Below, piece after piece: positions 47,694 to 61,011 of a stretch of 64,000 nt of DNA. The DNA comes from Strigamia acuminata. Taxonomy: Eukaryota. The notes under the pieces were generated by a model. The model was not told the DNA's origin. It saw only the letters and a program-made list of their open reading frames with translations, and did no database searches. The DNA lies in assembly GCA_949358305.1 (NCBI GenBank), contig OX442314.1, positions 16,368,001 to 16,432,000 on the forward strand, read 5' to 3'. A program made the translations under genes and the position numbers. Numbering within the stretch: the stretch's first letter is position 1; each line of letters opens with the position of its first letter.

Positions 47694-48479
47694 TTACATT
47701 TTAAAACGCTTGGAAATGAAAGAAGAATCGTCTCCACTAGATCTTTTTCCCAAATTGTCAAATGTGTGATTTCCTGCATCGACGTGAAATTCCTCGCCCC
47801 AATCCGGAGACGTTATTGTTGACATACGACTCGAATTTCCTGCACCGTTATAAAATCCACGGCACCGAGCCGGTTTTCCTGCATCATTGTACAATTCCTG
47901 GCACCAAAACGAAAGCTCTATTATTGGCACATGAGTCGGATCACCATATCGAGTAAATAGTTCGAGTAAATAATCCGCTCTGTATATCCCAGGTGGTCTA
48001 GCTTGCGCAAATTCCTTAACGGCTGAACGTACGTCCCATCCCTGCTTCTCTACCAAGTAAGCAACAATCAAGAATCCAGTTCTATTAAATCCGTGGGTGT
48101 CATGAATTCCTATAAGCTGCGACGTGTGTGCCAATATAAAGTTACTACAGATATTAATAAATTCACGCGTTTCATTTAAATCCGGGCATTCGTCGTTCCT
48201 TCGACATGAAAGTCTCAAGTATAATATATCCCGAGATTCAACCTCTGCTTTGTCATAAAATCCGTCGGTGTTCGTCAAATTAATCCACAGACCCAAATTT
48301 GCTTCATAACTGAGCATGACCATAAATCTGTGTTGTACTATCATTGAAGGTGTGAATATATAGTCAGGAGGGACTTGATTTGATTTCAAAGGCGTTTTAA
48401 ACGCAAAAAAACGTTCGCCTACTAAACGAGTTGCTGTGTTTGGACACTGCAACCACCTTTGAGGAATATCAGTAGACAT
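47694..48479 (-). CDS. Intronless RNA 5'-triphosphatase domain (RNGTT N-terminus-like) with catalytic Cys replaced by Asp
   Basis: IPQRWLQCP, RFFAFKTPL, LGLWINLTNT..FYDK, IGIHDTHGFNRTGFLIVAYLVE, FAQARPPGIY. No guanylyltransferase domain follows. Confidence 0.88.
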   Translation of the reverse strand: MSTDIPQRWLQCPNTATRLVGERFFAFKTPLKSNQVPPDYIFTPSMIVQHRFMVMLSYEANLGLWINLTNTDGFYDKAEVESRDILYLRLSCRRNDECPDLNETREFINICSNFILAHTSQLIGIHDTHGFNRTGFLIVAYLVEKQGWDVRSAVKEFAQARPPGIYRADYLLELFTRYGDPTHVPIIELSFWCQELYNDAGKPARCRGFYNGAGNSSRMSTITSPDWGEEFHVDAGNHTFDNLGKRSSGDDSSFISKRFKM

Positions 48480-49253
48480 CTTACGACTTAAACACGACAC
48501 CAAATGAGTTAAATGCTCGTTTGTACTAAAATGCCACGTCTAACTTCTATATAACCTTCAATTCGTGCTGCAAAGTTGCTGATGTTGGAATTCTCGGATC
48601 CGGAACAATACGACAAGTGATTTTATTCAACGAAATACACAGGTTAAGTACTACAATAATCAGCCCTGATTGGCTGCTACAAAAAACGTTCGCTGGACGT
48701 ATTGGCGGCCGACATACACAATGTCCAACAGCTGATTCGTTGATAAGTTAATGATATTCATGTACGAAACGTCTCAAGGCAGCATAATTTGTTTTAAATT
48801 TGTTTTTATACGCCTAATTTACAATTTTATTATTTCGTCAGTGTAAAATGCCAAAATTCACAACATTTTTTTATATTTGTATTACTCTCTTTACGATGTT
48901 TAATATTAAATATTAAATATTTCAATTTCAATACTTCAATTTACGATAATTAGACAATTTTAATAATTATGTCGTATTTTATCTATTCCACCAACGTTCT
49001 GTACGAGACTTTACATTTGGATAGTCTTATTCGTCTAAAATAATTCGTCTATAATAATTTGCCACACAAAGTTTATTTCAACCATAATTATTTGAAATAT
49101 TAATTAAAAACCTATTACGTGTCGAATATATCATGATTTATTTAATATTAATCTAGTTTACAGCTCAGTAGTAAATTGTAATTGATTACTGATGTCTGAT
49201 AAAATTCGACTCGATGTATATGACATGCGAGTAAAATCGAATGCTTCGACCAA

Positions 49254-50558
49254 TCAAGTTGGTGGCAATGTTGCCATTCCACCATCCACAAGAATTCTGC
49301 TGCCTGAGACGAACGAAGCCATATCAGATGCCATGACTGCAACAATCTTAGCGACTTCTTGCGGCGTACCAGTGCGCTTTAACGCATGACCTGGCTCTAA
49401 ACTCTTAATAAGCTAAACGTTACAGCACGTTATTAATTATTCTCTTTTCTTCGTAATAAATCTCATACTCCTGTACACGCTTCTTCATCCATATTTTCAA
49501 ATTTCCACAAGTTCGTCGGTATCACTCCAGGACTAAATCAAAAAATTATTCTTTCAAACTCAAATAAACATTCACAACCCTTGAAAAACTTTACTTAATT
49601 GAAACAACCCTAACCGCACTCGGACCTAACTCTAGAAGTAGAAAAAAATGTCACTTCAATTGTCAGTAATTTATTGCCATGTCAGCAACCAATTGCTTAC
49701 CCGCTGCTAAACAAACCGTAAGTTGGTCTAAAGCTGCTTTAGAGATTGCGTAAACTCCAGCGATATGATTCTAAAACCAGCAAATTATTCATTAAATCCA
49801 AATCAAACCATTATATTTACATCTCGAAAACATTCCTAACCGGGCGAACAGAGACTACGCTTGACATATTGATGATGCAACCTTTGGTATCAAGTAAATG
49901 GGGGATGCACAAACGACATAAATCATACGGAACCCTTAAAAAATGTATAATGACCACTTCATTTAATCCATTTAATCCTTTTCCGAATCCGTATCAGTAA
50001 TTACCGAAAATTAATATCAAACGTTTTGTCGAATGCATCGAGTGGTGACTGTTGCACATTTCCCAACTCCAATATACCAGCATTATTGACCTACACAGTT
50101 ATCTCGAAAAAAAATTTTTCATAAAAATAAAAATTTGATAACGGGGATTAAATTACCAGAATATCAATTTTCGAAAATCTTTGAACCGTTTCGTTTACTA
50201 CATATCGGCGGAATTCTCGTTGAGTTAGATCTCCAACTATTGTTACAGGCTGCATTGAAAAGAAAACGAAAAATATACACAGAATTTTACGAGTAGTTTA
50301 ATAAAAATAGTCTAGGCTTATAAGAACCTTGGCAGTGGATATTTTCTGGCATTCAAGTTTCACATACTCGAGATCAGTAGCGTTTCTTGCAACAAGTGAC
50401 AAGAAACAGCCTTGACTTGCCAATTCGGTGGCAATTGCAGCTCCTAAACCTCTGCTTGCTCCTAATTGTACAGCAAAATGTAAATAAAAGTATACAAATA
50501 AGAAATTTAGAATTGTTTTCTAACCCGTCACGATTGCTACTTTATCCTGAAGATTCAT
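49254..50558 (-). CDS. Short-chain dehydrogenase/reductase, multi-exon
   Basis: MNLQDKVAIVTGASRGLG, VNNAG, IINMSS, catalytic YAISK, VRVVSI..PGV, LPVDGG. Confidence 0.9.
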
Positions 50559-50796
50559 TATCCGTGTCACTTAATTTTTAATGAATGCCACTACGGTAAT
50601 TGAAACGAATCAAAGTTTAGACTCAATAAACACAAAGTTCAAAGGTTGAAAAACTAAATAAAATCGTGGTTGTCATGGATACAATTTGACAACAAATAAG
50701 TCGAAGAATAGAGAATGATGTTTCTAATGTTTTCTTTGGAATTCGGAAGAAAATAATCGAATTTTTCGTCTCGGTTCGAACTGCAGAAATCGAATT

Positions 50797-51132
50797 ATGG
50801 ACACAAACAGAAAACGAAATGAGGACGAAGTGGACCAAATCGACGCAATTAAGCAACGATACAGGGCATGGTCGCAGCCATTTCCGGTAATATTTGCTGA
50901 GAAAAAGAAATCACCTACCTGTACTTCAAGTTCCGCCGTGATTTCCGACAGAAATTCGGCATCGTTGGAATCGACAAAAAGCGGGATAAATAAGAGTCCA
51001 TCTCCGCAAATTCCGAAGCAGAATGCTGGGCCGAACCCAAAGCCGACTAAGACGAGTGATATGCGCCAGAAGTTGCACGGAATTCCTTTTTACAACTGGC
51101 CAATGTGGATTGAAGATGATGGATGCAATTGA
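50797..51132 (+). CDS. Hypothetical 111-aa protein
   Basis: ATG-initiated ORF divergent from the SDR gene, with AATAAA at ~51189; no recognised motif. Confidence 0.3.
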   Translation: MDTNRKRNEDEVDQIDAIKQRYRAWSQPFPVIFAEKKKSPTCTSSSAVISDRNSASLESTKSGINKSPSPQIPKQNAGPNPKPTKTSDMRQKLHGIPFYNWPMWIEDDGCN

Positions 51133-51519
51133 AACTGTTAAAAATTGATGCAAATTTCATGTTATGACTATGAATTAATTGTAACTCTAATAAAGTAACT
51201 AATCACTCAGTGAGCTTTACAAAATATAATGAAAGGAAATTCATGGTGATGACGGATAATACATACATGAATGTTGGACAAAACAGTCGTATGAATTTGG
51301 CGGTGGCCATTTTAAAATTGAAAATCTGTCCTGCTTTTCCCTCTGGTGACCAATTTACCAATTTATCGATAAGTGGCGCCAACTCCAAGTTAAACTGTTT
51401 TTTGTTAAAAATTTATTTGACAATTTTATGAAATATTTTCTGAAAAGATTTGAAATAATCTAAATTTAATTTTAAAAATAAGTTTTGGTTGTCATGTGAT
51501 CATTCGTTCACATCAAGAT

Positions 51520-52452
51520 ATGGCGGTTAGCGACTTAGGCCCCGCCGTTTTAAATAAAACATTGCAATTGAGCGATTTTCATAGCGCTTTGATTCGAAGT
51601 GGAATGCACGTAAAAGGTTTAATTTAAATCTATGAAAATTCGAATATATCTCGGGTAATGTTTCAATGATATTAGTATCGAAATCAACTTTACCAAACAG
51701 TTGCATATTTCCGAAAATATGCTTGGCTTTCTTAATAGAATCTTTGACAGACGATGACATTGCTAATCCCAAAGATATTCAAACAAGGCATGCGTTTAAT
51801 TTATTACTAAAATATAAAACGATTAAATTCTAAATGACTTGTTTAGAATTAAAGAATTCATTGATCTTCACCAGCAATCGCTTCTCATAATTATAGTTCA
51901 ACAGTTAGATGAAAATACATTACATTCCATTGGAAACATTCAGCTGACGTAAGTAATAAACTTCCTTGATATTCCTATAATTTATAATTTATTTGTTCAG
52001 ACTGCATCCGCAAGAAACCAATATTATTTGTGTTTTGAATTACTTAGAAGCTGTGGAAGTTATACGAAATTTAAGCTCTGTAAGTAAATATTTTTTATAT
52101 TTCAACAGCAATTTTATTTTATATTTTTCTTTAATATATAGATGATTCATCCACGTGTAAAACAAATCTCTCGAGATAGAATTGATGCCGTTTTATGTAA
52201 TCTTAACAAGGAAAACATATTGGCAAATTCTTTAGGATGCATTTTATCAACATCAATGGGTGGTATGCAGCTATTGTTATAATACCTACCTTGTTTTTTT
52301 CCAGTAGAAAAAATCTGAAATAGTCTTAATTTTCTTCAGATCACTCGCGTACTCATCTTTTAAACACTTTCGGTAGTATTTCAGCGATAGTAAAATCTAA
52401 CCCACAACAATTAATAAACTCTTTTGAAAATAATTTTGTCAGTGAAGATTAG
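51520..52452 (+). CDS. SPO16/C1orf146-like (ERCC4/XPF-like fold plus HhH) protein, multi-exon
   Basis: Spliced exons give ETLPNSCIFPKICLAFLIE, IKEFIDLHQQSLLIII, NIICVLNYLEAVEVI and an HhH-like LLNTFGSISAIVKSNPQQL. The resemblance to SPO16 is from memory only. Confidence 0.55.
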
Positions 52453-52695
52453 AGAATGAAAATGATATAAAGTTTTCTTTTAATTTGTATTGTATTTTAA
52501 TTGTATTTATATATTTTTGTTGTTCAGTTTTATGAAATAAATTATACGGGGTCACCAAAGTGAAAACGTTTTTGTTTCATTCATTCTTTCGTGTAGTTTG
52601 ATTTGAATTACCCGCTATTAACTGCGCTTGCGTAGTCGACGTGAAATCGTGTTTATAAACGAAAGGGAGCGTGGTGAGAGAGCGCAGTTGTCATC

Positions 52696-55566
52696 ATGAT
52701 GCGAATGTGGTCGGGTTTTTTCATAGTGTTTTCCTGTTTGACAGTTGCATTGTACGCCAACAATGTAGATTTTAAAACATGTCCGAAAGGTAATTTATTT
52801 GTAGTTTTCTTTTTAAGTGTTTCTCTAAAAATTTTATTTTAGCATTTAAATGTTTTATAAGCTTTAAAAAATATAATGCATGGGGTAAAACACATAAACG
52901 TTAAACTTTAATAATCGGAATTTAATTTTCCTACGTTGAGGAAAATATCTGTCATCTGTTTCTTTGTTTTTTAAAAAAAAAACGTTTGAATTTGTATACG
53001 CGGATGAATTGTATATGCCGGATACTAAAGTTAAGTTAAATATCAATTTTTTTCTTTATGGTTTCAAATTTTTGCAAATAAATGGTAAACAAATAGCGAT
53101 AATCAAATTTCTTCGGTGAAACAAAACAAAAAATATTCAAACAGAATTGTTTGATGAAAGTTCACTGCTTTCTACGCAGACAGTAATAATTAATGGAAAT
53201 GTATTTAATGACCTATTTACAAAATAAATTTTTTTTCCTTCATTTTTTTTGTTTAAAAGAAAATAACTGCATAAATCCCTAGAACTTTTTATTTCACTTT
53301 GACCTGTTTTTGAAAGTTCATACGAAAATTTTGACCGGTCAAATCAGGTCGAACAGTTGTGTGATTGAACTTTTGAATTAAACCTAGGTGTGCTTATTCC
53401 GTGTTTCATATACAAGTAATTCTAATTTGGCTGAAAAACTGCAAAATTCAAATTAAATAAGCTTCAAACACATGTTTTTACTCTTAAACCTCGAGGAAAA
53501 ATAGAGGTGCAACTGCACCTAGTCCCGCGCGGGTATGTCTAGACTGTGTATACAGAGTGGGGGCAAAGCTAAGCTTAAGTTAACAAACGCGACATGTTGA
53601 ATCTCATGGCTGAATCTCGGGAAAAAAGGAGGAAAATCAATGAAATTTTAACTGAGTACTTGTCCAACATTCTGCTTTGATGTCACTTCACAAAATAATT
53701 TTTTCATCCAGAGCTAATGGATAGATTTTCATAAAATTTTAGGTGAACAAAGCAGAATGTTGGACAAGTACTCAGTTAAAATTTCGTTGGTATTCCTCCT
53801 TTTTTCCCCAAGATACAGCCATAAGATTAAACATGTCGCGTTTGTTAACATAGTTTTGCCCCGCACTGTAGTAGACAGAGCATTGAAGCAAAGCAGACTT
53901 GTCTGAAACTTCAGTATTGGATTTGGATATTACGGAGTTAGTACTGTTTGTTCCCAAATTTTGTCATTTGTAGTCTGTTAAAAATTGTTGATATTCAGAA
54001 TTAATGCTTTTGGAAAAATAGACAAAACGTTTAATCAACATTTTCTCAACATTTTATTATAACTATATAAAAATTAGATAAGAGTGTTTTCACATTAACA
54101 CCATAAAACACAAAACCATAATAACAAGTAACAACCTATACATAGCACAATAATTCAATAAAAAAAACATTTTAAATCTATCAACAACTGCAATCAATTT
54201 CTGATCATTGATTTGAAATAAATTGGTTCACGGCCACAAACTTTTGTCTAGCCAAAGGCTTTGTAAAAATATCTCATTAATTACAGTCTAGTCCGTTGGA
54301 AAATTGTGGAGAAATTGTGGAGTTGGAGAAATTGTGTAGCTAAACAATGAGGATGTTATAAAAAAAATAAGTAATATACTAATATAAGACGAGCAACTAC
54401 ATGGGATCATCCATCTTGGATGTCACCAGAATAAAAGTTAGCACAAGCTGTAAACAGCTCTGACAGCACAACGTGTGATCACTTCACAATAAAGTACTGT
54501 ATGTGTGTATGCTTTATATACACATACAGTACGGTACTTTATTGTGAAGTGATCACACGTTGTGCTGTCAGAGCTGTAAGTTATATGTGGCTAAACAATG
54601 AGGATGTTATAAAAAAAAATAAGCAATATAAGACGAGCGACTACATGGGAGCATCCATCTTGGATGTCACCAGAATAAGAGTTAGCGCAAGTTGTATACA
54701 GCTATGACAGCACAACGTGTGATCACTTCACAATAAAGTACTGTATGTGTATATAAAGCATACGAACGGCCCAAATGGGCTCTAAAGGTTACCAAATATC
54801 CAAAGAAAACGCACTTTACTCCACACTTATCCAAGTGCATTACTTTCGAATATTCCCCGGTTTTCCCTGATCCCAGACTTCGTACGGAGTTTTACCGGCG
54901 ATTTGGTTCACCGTTCGATCTCTCATGTAAACCGTAGTACTGACAGCTTCAACCCAAAAATTGGCCCCCAATAGGACTGATAATCTCTAATTTTCTCATC
55001 TTTAACTACTTTCAGTTGCTGGAAATGATGCCAGTATCGTTAAAGCTGTTCGTGTTGAAAAATGTAAGGGCCATCCGTGCGAATTGAAAAGAGGAGAAAC
55101 CTACTCGTTTGAAATTGATTTCGTTCCAAGTGAGTGTAATATAAGAAATAGAATTAAATGTAGAACGTGCTTAGTGGAGTGGCCCTTTTAATTTTACCAA
55201 TATATTCTCAAAAAGACAAGGACGCTGAGAAAGTCGATGTTGCTGCATTCGGAGTGCTTATAGAATCATTGGAAGTGCCTTGGCCCGGGATGAAAACTAA
55301 TGTGTGCGAAAACGAACAATTCAACATCAAATGTCCGATACAAGCGAAGGAAAAAGTCACGTACATCAACAAAGTTGAAGTTCTGTCATCTTATCCAACG
55401 GTAAACCGGAAATATTTTTAAACTTTGGCCAGAAAACACGACAGTACCACATTTTTTAAATTCATACTATATTTCGTTTTAGGCTAAGGTTTCAGTTCAC
55501 TGGAAAATAAAACTTAACGGCGTACTGGCATCGTGTGTCGTTGTCGACGTTAAGATTGTAGCATAA
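52696..55566 (+). CDS. NPC2: NPC2/ML-domain lipid-binding protein, four exons
   Basis: Signal peptide; VDFKTC, CKGHPCELKRG, VPWPG..NVC, KCPI, VLSSYP, VHWKI..SC; six-cysteine ML pattern. Confidence 0.9.
53553..53868. mobile_element. 316-bp foldback Tc1/mariner-type MITE in NPC2 intron 1
   Basis: TA-CAGAGTGGGGGCAAA...TTTGCCCCGCACTG-TA with ~130-bp inverted arms (e.g. aactgagtacttgtccaacattctgctttg / caaagcagaatgttggacaagtactcagtt). Confidence 0.85.
54339..54762. repeat. Direct duplication (~170 bp) separated by an inverted copy of the unit's 3' part
   Basis: gctaaacaatgaggatgttata...aaagtactgtatgtgt occurs at ~54339 and ~54590; 54508-54577 is the reverse complement of the unit's end. Confidence 0.85.
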
Positions 55567-56061
55567 ATTAGGATCCAGAAACAAAAAGTCAATCTCAGTG
55601 TAGCAATAATGTATACCGATAGTCCGGCATTTTGCAGTAATAAAAAATAGTGTTTTAAGAAAGATTCAAAAAAGTTATTTAAAAATTGAATTGCGTAACA
55701 CAAGATTTAAAATTCAATATGTAAAATTAATTAGGTTTGCCTACCGGAAGTAAGAATTATAAATTAAACATCGGTAAGGAAAATTGCAAAAATGCTTATC
55801 AGTTGTTAGGCAATTCAAGGTAATCGTTCATTATTAAACAATTGTTCACTTTTCAAGGCTAAGCTTTATGCATCCTGAAAGTAATTTAGGAGTTGTATGC
55901 GTGTGGTGTGGGTGTTGGCATTTTTAATACAATCCAAAACACCCATCACACACTTGTGTAAGTAATAATTGTTGTCATTATCAAGTGCATCAATCAGAGA
56001 ATGTAATCTTTATGCTGCAATTTCAAAATTCAATATTTTAATTCAAATTTTAAATACAGTA

Positions 56062-57107
56062 TTATATCATTTTAGTTTTTCTGAAAAATAATTCTCTTGC
56101 ACTAATGAAAAACTTTTATCATTCCTTTGTAATATTTCTTGAATTTCTTTATAAATTTTTAGTAAACAATTTAGACGTGGTTTGCTGTGCTACAGAAGTA
56201 ATGAAAAAACTTAATAATATATTCTTAACAATTAAAAATAACAAAAAAAATAATTTAACTTACTATTAATAACGGCTTTAACGACTTATCCTTCATAACT
56301 ACAGTCAAGTAGAAAATCACTTGTCCCTGCGCAGAAATATTTTGTAAATTAATGTAATCGAGCTTCGATAAACTTTAAATCTTAACCATCGTAACTGCTT
56401 CATTGATGACAACATCAACAATGTCTTCACGATTTAAAATCTCAGTTGATTTCCAACCAAACCAATAAACTGTTGTTTGTTGTATTCCAATCATTTCCAT
56501 TTCGATGAGAAGCGATTCTGTTAATAATAACACAAACGTTTAATAATAAGATTTAAAAAACGTTTAATAATAAAAGAGACAATAAAGCTAGTTTCTTCGT
56601 ACCTTTAGTAACACAAGAGAACATATTCATTGCGGCAATTAAAATAACGATGCAATAAATGCATATAAATATTAATGTCATCTACAAAATAAATTTGTTG
56701 TAAATAATAAATAATTAAATAAGATCACAACTTGATTTATACATATAGGTATACTTGTACATCTTTAACAAATCCATTCAAAAGAATAAACGATCCCAAT
56801 AACACAGTCCACATCTTAACTGTTTGAGCTAAATCGACTGGAATTTCCACCGTGTATTCATTACAGCGATATAATCCTTGTGTACAAATATAATGACGTT
56901 TATAAAATTGCAACTTTGCTTTAGACAAGCCATCAACCACTTCTGAGTAAGTTTCCACTGTCTTCATTTTAATTGTGTTCAAGTTTATAATTATTTACAG
57001 TTCCACTCGACAGACTCTTATAACTGCAAAAAAAAGGAAATAAAATAAATATCAAATCATCAGACATCACCTACAATCACAAATATTTACCTTAAGGCCG
57101 CCGCCAT
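56062..57107 (-). CDS. PIGH: GPI-GlcNAc transferase subunit H, multi-exon
   Basis: Two TM segments, then ESLLI..IGIQQTTVY, IVDVVINEAVTM, QVIFYLTVVMKD, SKPRLNCLLKIYKEIQEIL. Confidence 0.85.
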
Positions 57108-57457
57108 TTTACATCCGACACAGACTGTAAGAATCGATCTGTTGGTAGACCTTGAAAGCATTCTGCCGTCTGGCGAGCAGATCCTCAACTCGTAAGAATA
57201 AAAGCATAGCAGTGATGCCAACTTAACTGTATCCACAACAACACCTTCAATTGTAGCCAACGAATAAAAAAAAACTTACCGTAATAATTTATTAAAAGGA
57301 ATGAATTTCTGTAAAAACTGACATTTTATGACCTCCCCAAACAAATCCAAACGCAAACATTAACTGAACGAATCTATAATTTGGTTGCTAATAGTAACGC
57401 TGCAAAAATACACAACACTAGTACAGAAATAATTGTTGCTTTTGATCCACTGAAAAC

Positions 57458-59379
57458 ATGGATAAAGACGATAACGTTTGGGTTTTTGAATCATTAGTGG
57501 GACTGTTAAGAGGACCGGTTTGGAATGTTCCAATATTAACATTTATTGAACAAAAATCTTTAAGTAAGTACTGTACAGGAGTATTAAGAATCAATTTCCG
57601 ACTTTCTTTACTGATTTTTTTTTTAATTGTAAAAAAAGCAATTAAGTTTTAATGTTTGCTTACTTTTTTCTTCTCACAAAAAGTATTCGAACCAGATACC
57701 GAAGAGTGTGAAGAGTACCAAGTAATTCACAATGAATACAAGAACTTGGTAAAACTTTAATTTTTTATCATAAAATTAATTTCTGTTTACTTTACACGAA
57801 CTAAGTTAAATTGCATTTCAAATATTCATCTTTTGAACATTAATAATTTTAGATAATGTCAATAATCGATGCTAATTTATTTTTAAATTATACATTAATA
57901 TTGATTATTAGTAGTTCTGGTAGGACATAAGCAAAATGCGCAGACTCCATTTAAAAAAAAATTCATTTTCATTTATATTATTAAATTTTTTTTTTTTTTA
58001 TCTTTCTGTGTCTTATGTTTGTAGAATGCTTCGCACGGATATGTTCCTATGGCAACTTAACAAAAAATTCTGAAATGTGAAATCTATCCTGTCATATATA
58101 CTTAATTTAAATTAATTTTATAATAAAACGTGTACAGAGAAACTACACCAAATACATTAGAAATGTTATGTTTTTCAGGTGGATTTTATGCTTGGAAGTT
58201 ACATGGAAGATTTAGGCATAACACCTGAGCAATTTGGAGATGCGTGTGAAAAGGCTTCGTGCAATCTCGCAAAAAAATTTCATCATGTATAATTTTGTAT
58301 ATCAGCAATTAAACAACCAGTGGCAGATTTATGATTCCCAAGACACTAAAATAAAATTTTGAGATTTCACTTTTAATTAAGAATATATAATATAAATACA
58401 TACATTTGAGGGCCACTCAGCCATACGGACCTGTAAATCTGCCACTGCAAACACTGTAATAATAATAATACGGTAATAATTATAATGTATTCTATTTTTG
58501 CAGTCACTTTTTGAACAAGTGTGGGCGGCAGAAGATTATGAGATATTTAAACGCATGATGATTCAAAAAAACATTGAATTGCAATTGCAAGCTTTAGAAT
58601 TATTACAGCAAAGGTATGGCATTTTCCCCGAGTCTATGAGTGGGAGTTATGGACACGGCTCATCAGACCTGCCCCGAGATGAGGAAGAAGTCATGGAAGA
58701 AGTGCTCAAGTAAAAACATTTATTTATTTATTTATTTATAATAATTAATTTTATTATTAATTAGAAAATCTCTGGAGGAACATTCATCCTTGCTGGCTAG
58801 TATGGACAGTGATACTAAGAAATTCGAAGCCAACTTAGCCAATACTCAAGACGAAAAACTCCGATTGGAAGGCGAAAATATTCGAGAAAAGGAATTGCTA
58901 GAAAAAGTAAAACAATCGTACATAAACATAAATAACATAATTCTTATGCTATTGTTATAGGCAATGAAAATAACCCTAAACGACACTGCCAGTCCCACGG
59001 AGCCGCAGAAAGAAGATTCCAAGCCTCAACCTAAACCCGTAATTACATCATTTTTATTTATCGCCAAAACGTTTTGGGTGAATTGAATGGTTTACAGGTT
59101 GCCGACACTTCAGCAGAAACCAAGCCAGAAGAAATTGCAAAACGAAAAGAATATTTGCGCCAACAACGGGACAAGTTGTTGGCCTTAAAGAAGCAAGAAC
59201 GCGAGAAGCAATTGGCCCAAATGGAGAAAAACAACCCCCAGAAACGACCGAAATCAGCCCGGGCAGCAAAATCAGTATTGGAAACGACTAATAACGAATC
59301 GTCAATCGATCCACGCACACTGGCTGCTCGTCGTGCCCTAGCAGCGCGATTGAAGGCTGAAGTTATTGGAAACCAATAA
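57458..59379 (+). CDS. CFAP36: Cilia- and flagella-associated protein 36 (BART domain), multi-exon
   Basis: WVFESLVGLLRGPVWNVPILTFIEQKSL, HNEYKNLVDFMLGSYMEDLGI, VWAAEDYEIFKRMMIQKNIELQLQAL, RKEYLRQQRDKL, RRALAARLKAEVI. Confidence 0.93.
58318..58447. mobile_element. 130-bp hAT-like MITE in a CFAP36 intron
   Basis: 14-bp TIR CAGTGGCAGATTTA / TAAATCTGCCACTG; the putative 8-bp TSD is degenerate (taaacaac / caaacact). Confidence 0.7.
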
Positions 59380-60253
59380 ATATTATCATTACTCACGCCA
59401 TTTTTTCTAGTTCCCCCAGTTCTTTGCTTATCTTTCGAACAAATAGTATTGTAACACAAAGAGAATCTCTTTCATTGGGAAAGTAATTTGGGTTTCTGTA
59501 ACCTGTACCACATTATTATATCTTGTTTCACTGTAAATGTGTAACTGTATAAAAATACCATAGGGTTTGAGAATCAATAAAAGTCTAGTGTTATTTGCAG
59601 CTTTGTATTTTAACAAGCCATGGGCATGTAAGTGGGTTGATTAACCCACTGCCATAAGTCTTTACCTTAATTTTAAAACAGTCGCCATCTTGAATTCTCT
59701 TGAATTCGCTTAGCTGAGAAGCCAACCTCCTGTCGGTCCCTCATCAACCTTGAATTTTTCCCGTCACAAATGTAATAAATATCACCAATAAACCTCACGT
59801 TTGCTTTCATTACGCTTAAATTTGATGTGGACCGGCCTTTAGAACCAGGGCCGTCAGAATTGGGCCATCCAATTCCAGTTTGAATCACAAATCCGACATT
59901 TCCCGGCAAATCGACTCTTATTCGCTAAATAAAACGAACAAAATTAAGGGGAAAATGAATGAATCAAATTCACAACAGAAAAACAAAAAACGAGAATGGT
60001 TGCTCTCTCGAAATGATTACTCACTTTGCGTTGATTGGCTGCGATGCGAAAGGGGAAAATGGCTGAGTGCCAATTTCAGAAGAGCACAATCACGATCAGT
60101 TAATTCCGCTCGTTGGGTTGACATCTATATTCTATACCTACTTACATTTTATCCTCTTTGTATCGGGAAACAATTTCGCAATGTATGATGTTTAAATTTT
60201 CCACTGGGGTGGAAAACATTTAATATTATACCGTTTGTGTTTATAATCAGATT

Positions 60254-61011
60254 ATGGATGAAAACTACAATCGACAAAGTTCCGATGACGAAGGAGACGA
60301 ATACGAAAATTACGAACAATATTATTCTAGTAAGTGTGTTTGTGTGTGTGAAACACGTGATACAACACTTGTTTTCCTCGTATTTCTGTTTGGATTTTTA
60401 ATTATTTACTTTTAATCAACAGACATTAATTTGGGTCCATTAGGAGATATTCTAAATGAAATCAACAGCGGTTAGTAATGTGTAGAATTAATTTTCTATT
60501 TCTGTCATTATTTTCCATTAATAGGAGCGAGTGACACGATAAAATCGACATTTATTACTCAAGTTGGTAAAATTAACCACTGTGAAGTAGGAAACAAGAC
60601 TACAACCAATTATTATAATTCCTCTCCTCCGTCACAAAATATTAATACCGGTACCTATCAGATAATATTTGTAATTGCTACAGCAATGAGTTTGGTTTAT
60701 AGCTCAATGCTCGTTGTACAGATGAGAAGGATTTGAGTGAGATGATATCAACTGTGAGTCGAAGAATTCGAGGCAAATGGAGCGAATTAATTGAGAAACT
60801 TGGCGCACAAAGAGACGAGGTAGAAGACATAAGGACGCAGATCATGAAGAGAGAGCACAACTGCCAAGGTCGAGTCGAAGAACTACTACAGAAAATGGCG
60901 AAAACTGCTTTGGTGACATGGAAAATTGAAAACGGCAAAAATGCCACCTGCAATAACTTGATTTTAGCACTGAGATTTGTCAACGCGGATTATATAATTA
61001 ATGATGAATAA
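60254..61011 (+). CDS. Death-domain protein with a possible cRHIM-like motif, four exons
   Basis: Exons join in frame; the last encodes VSRRIRGKWSELIEKLG..EVEDI..LVTWKIENGKNATCNNLILAL (death-domain pattern). Exon 3 has INHCEVGNKTTTNYY. Confidence 0.7.

Noticed and set aside
47694..48479. Triphosphatase gene as Polinton cargo or a viral PTP
   Set aside because: It lies more than 6 kb outside the TSD-bounded element, and its motifs look like metazoan RNGTT.
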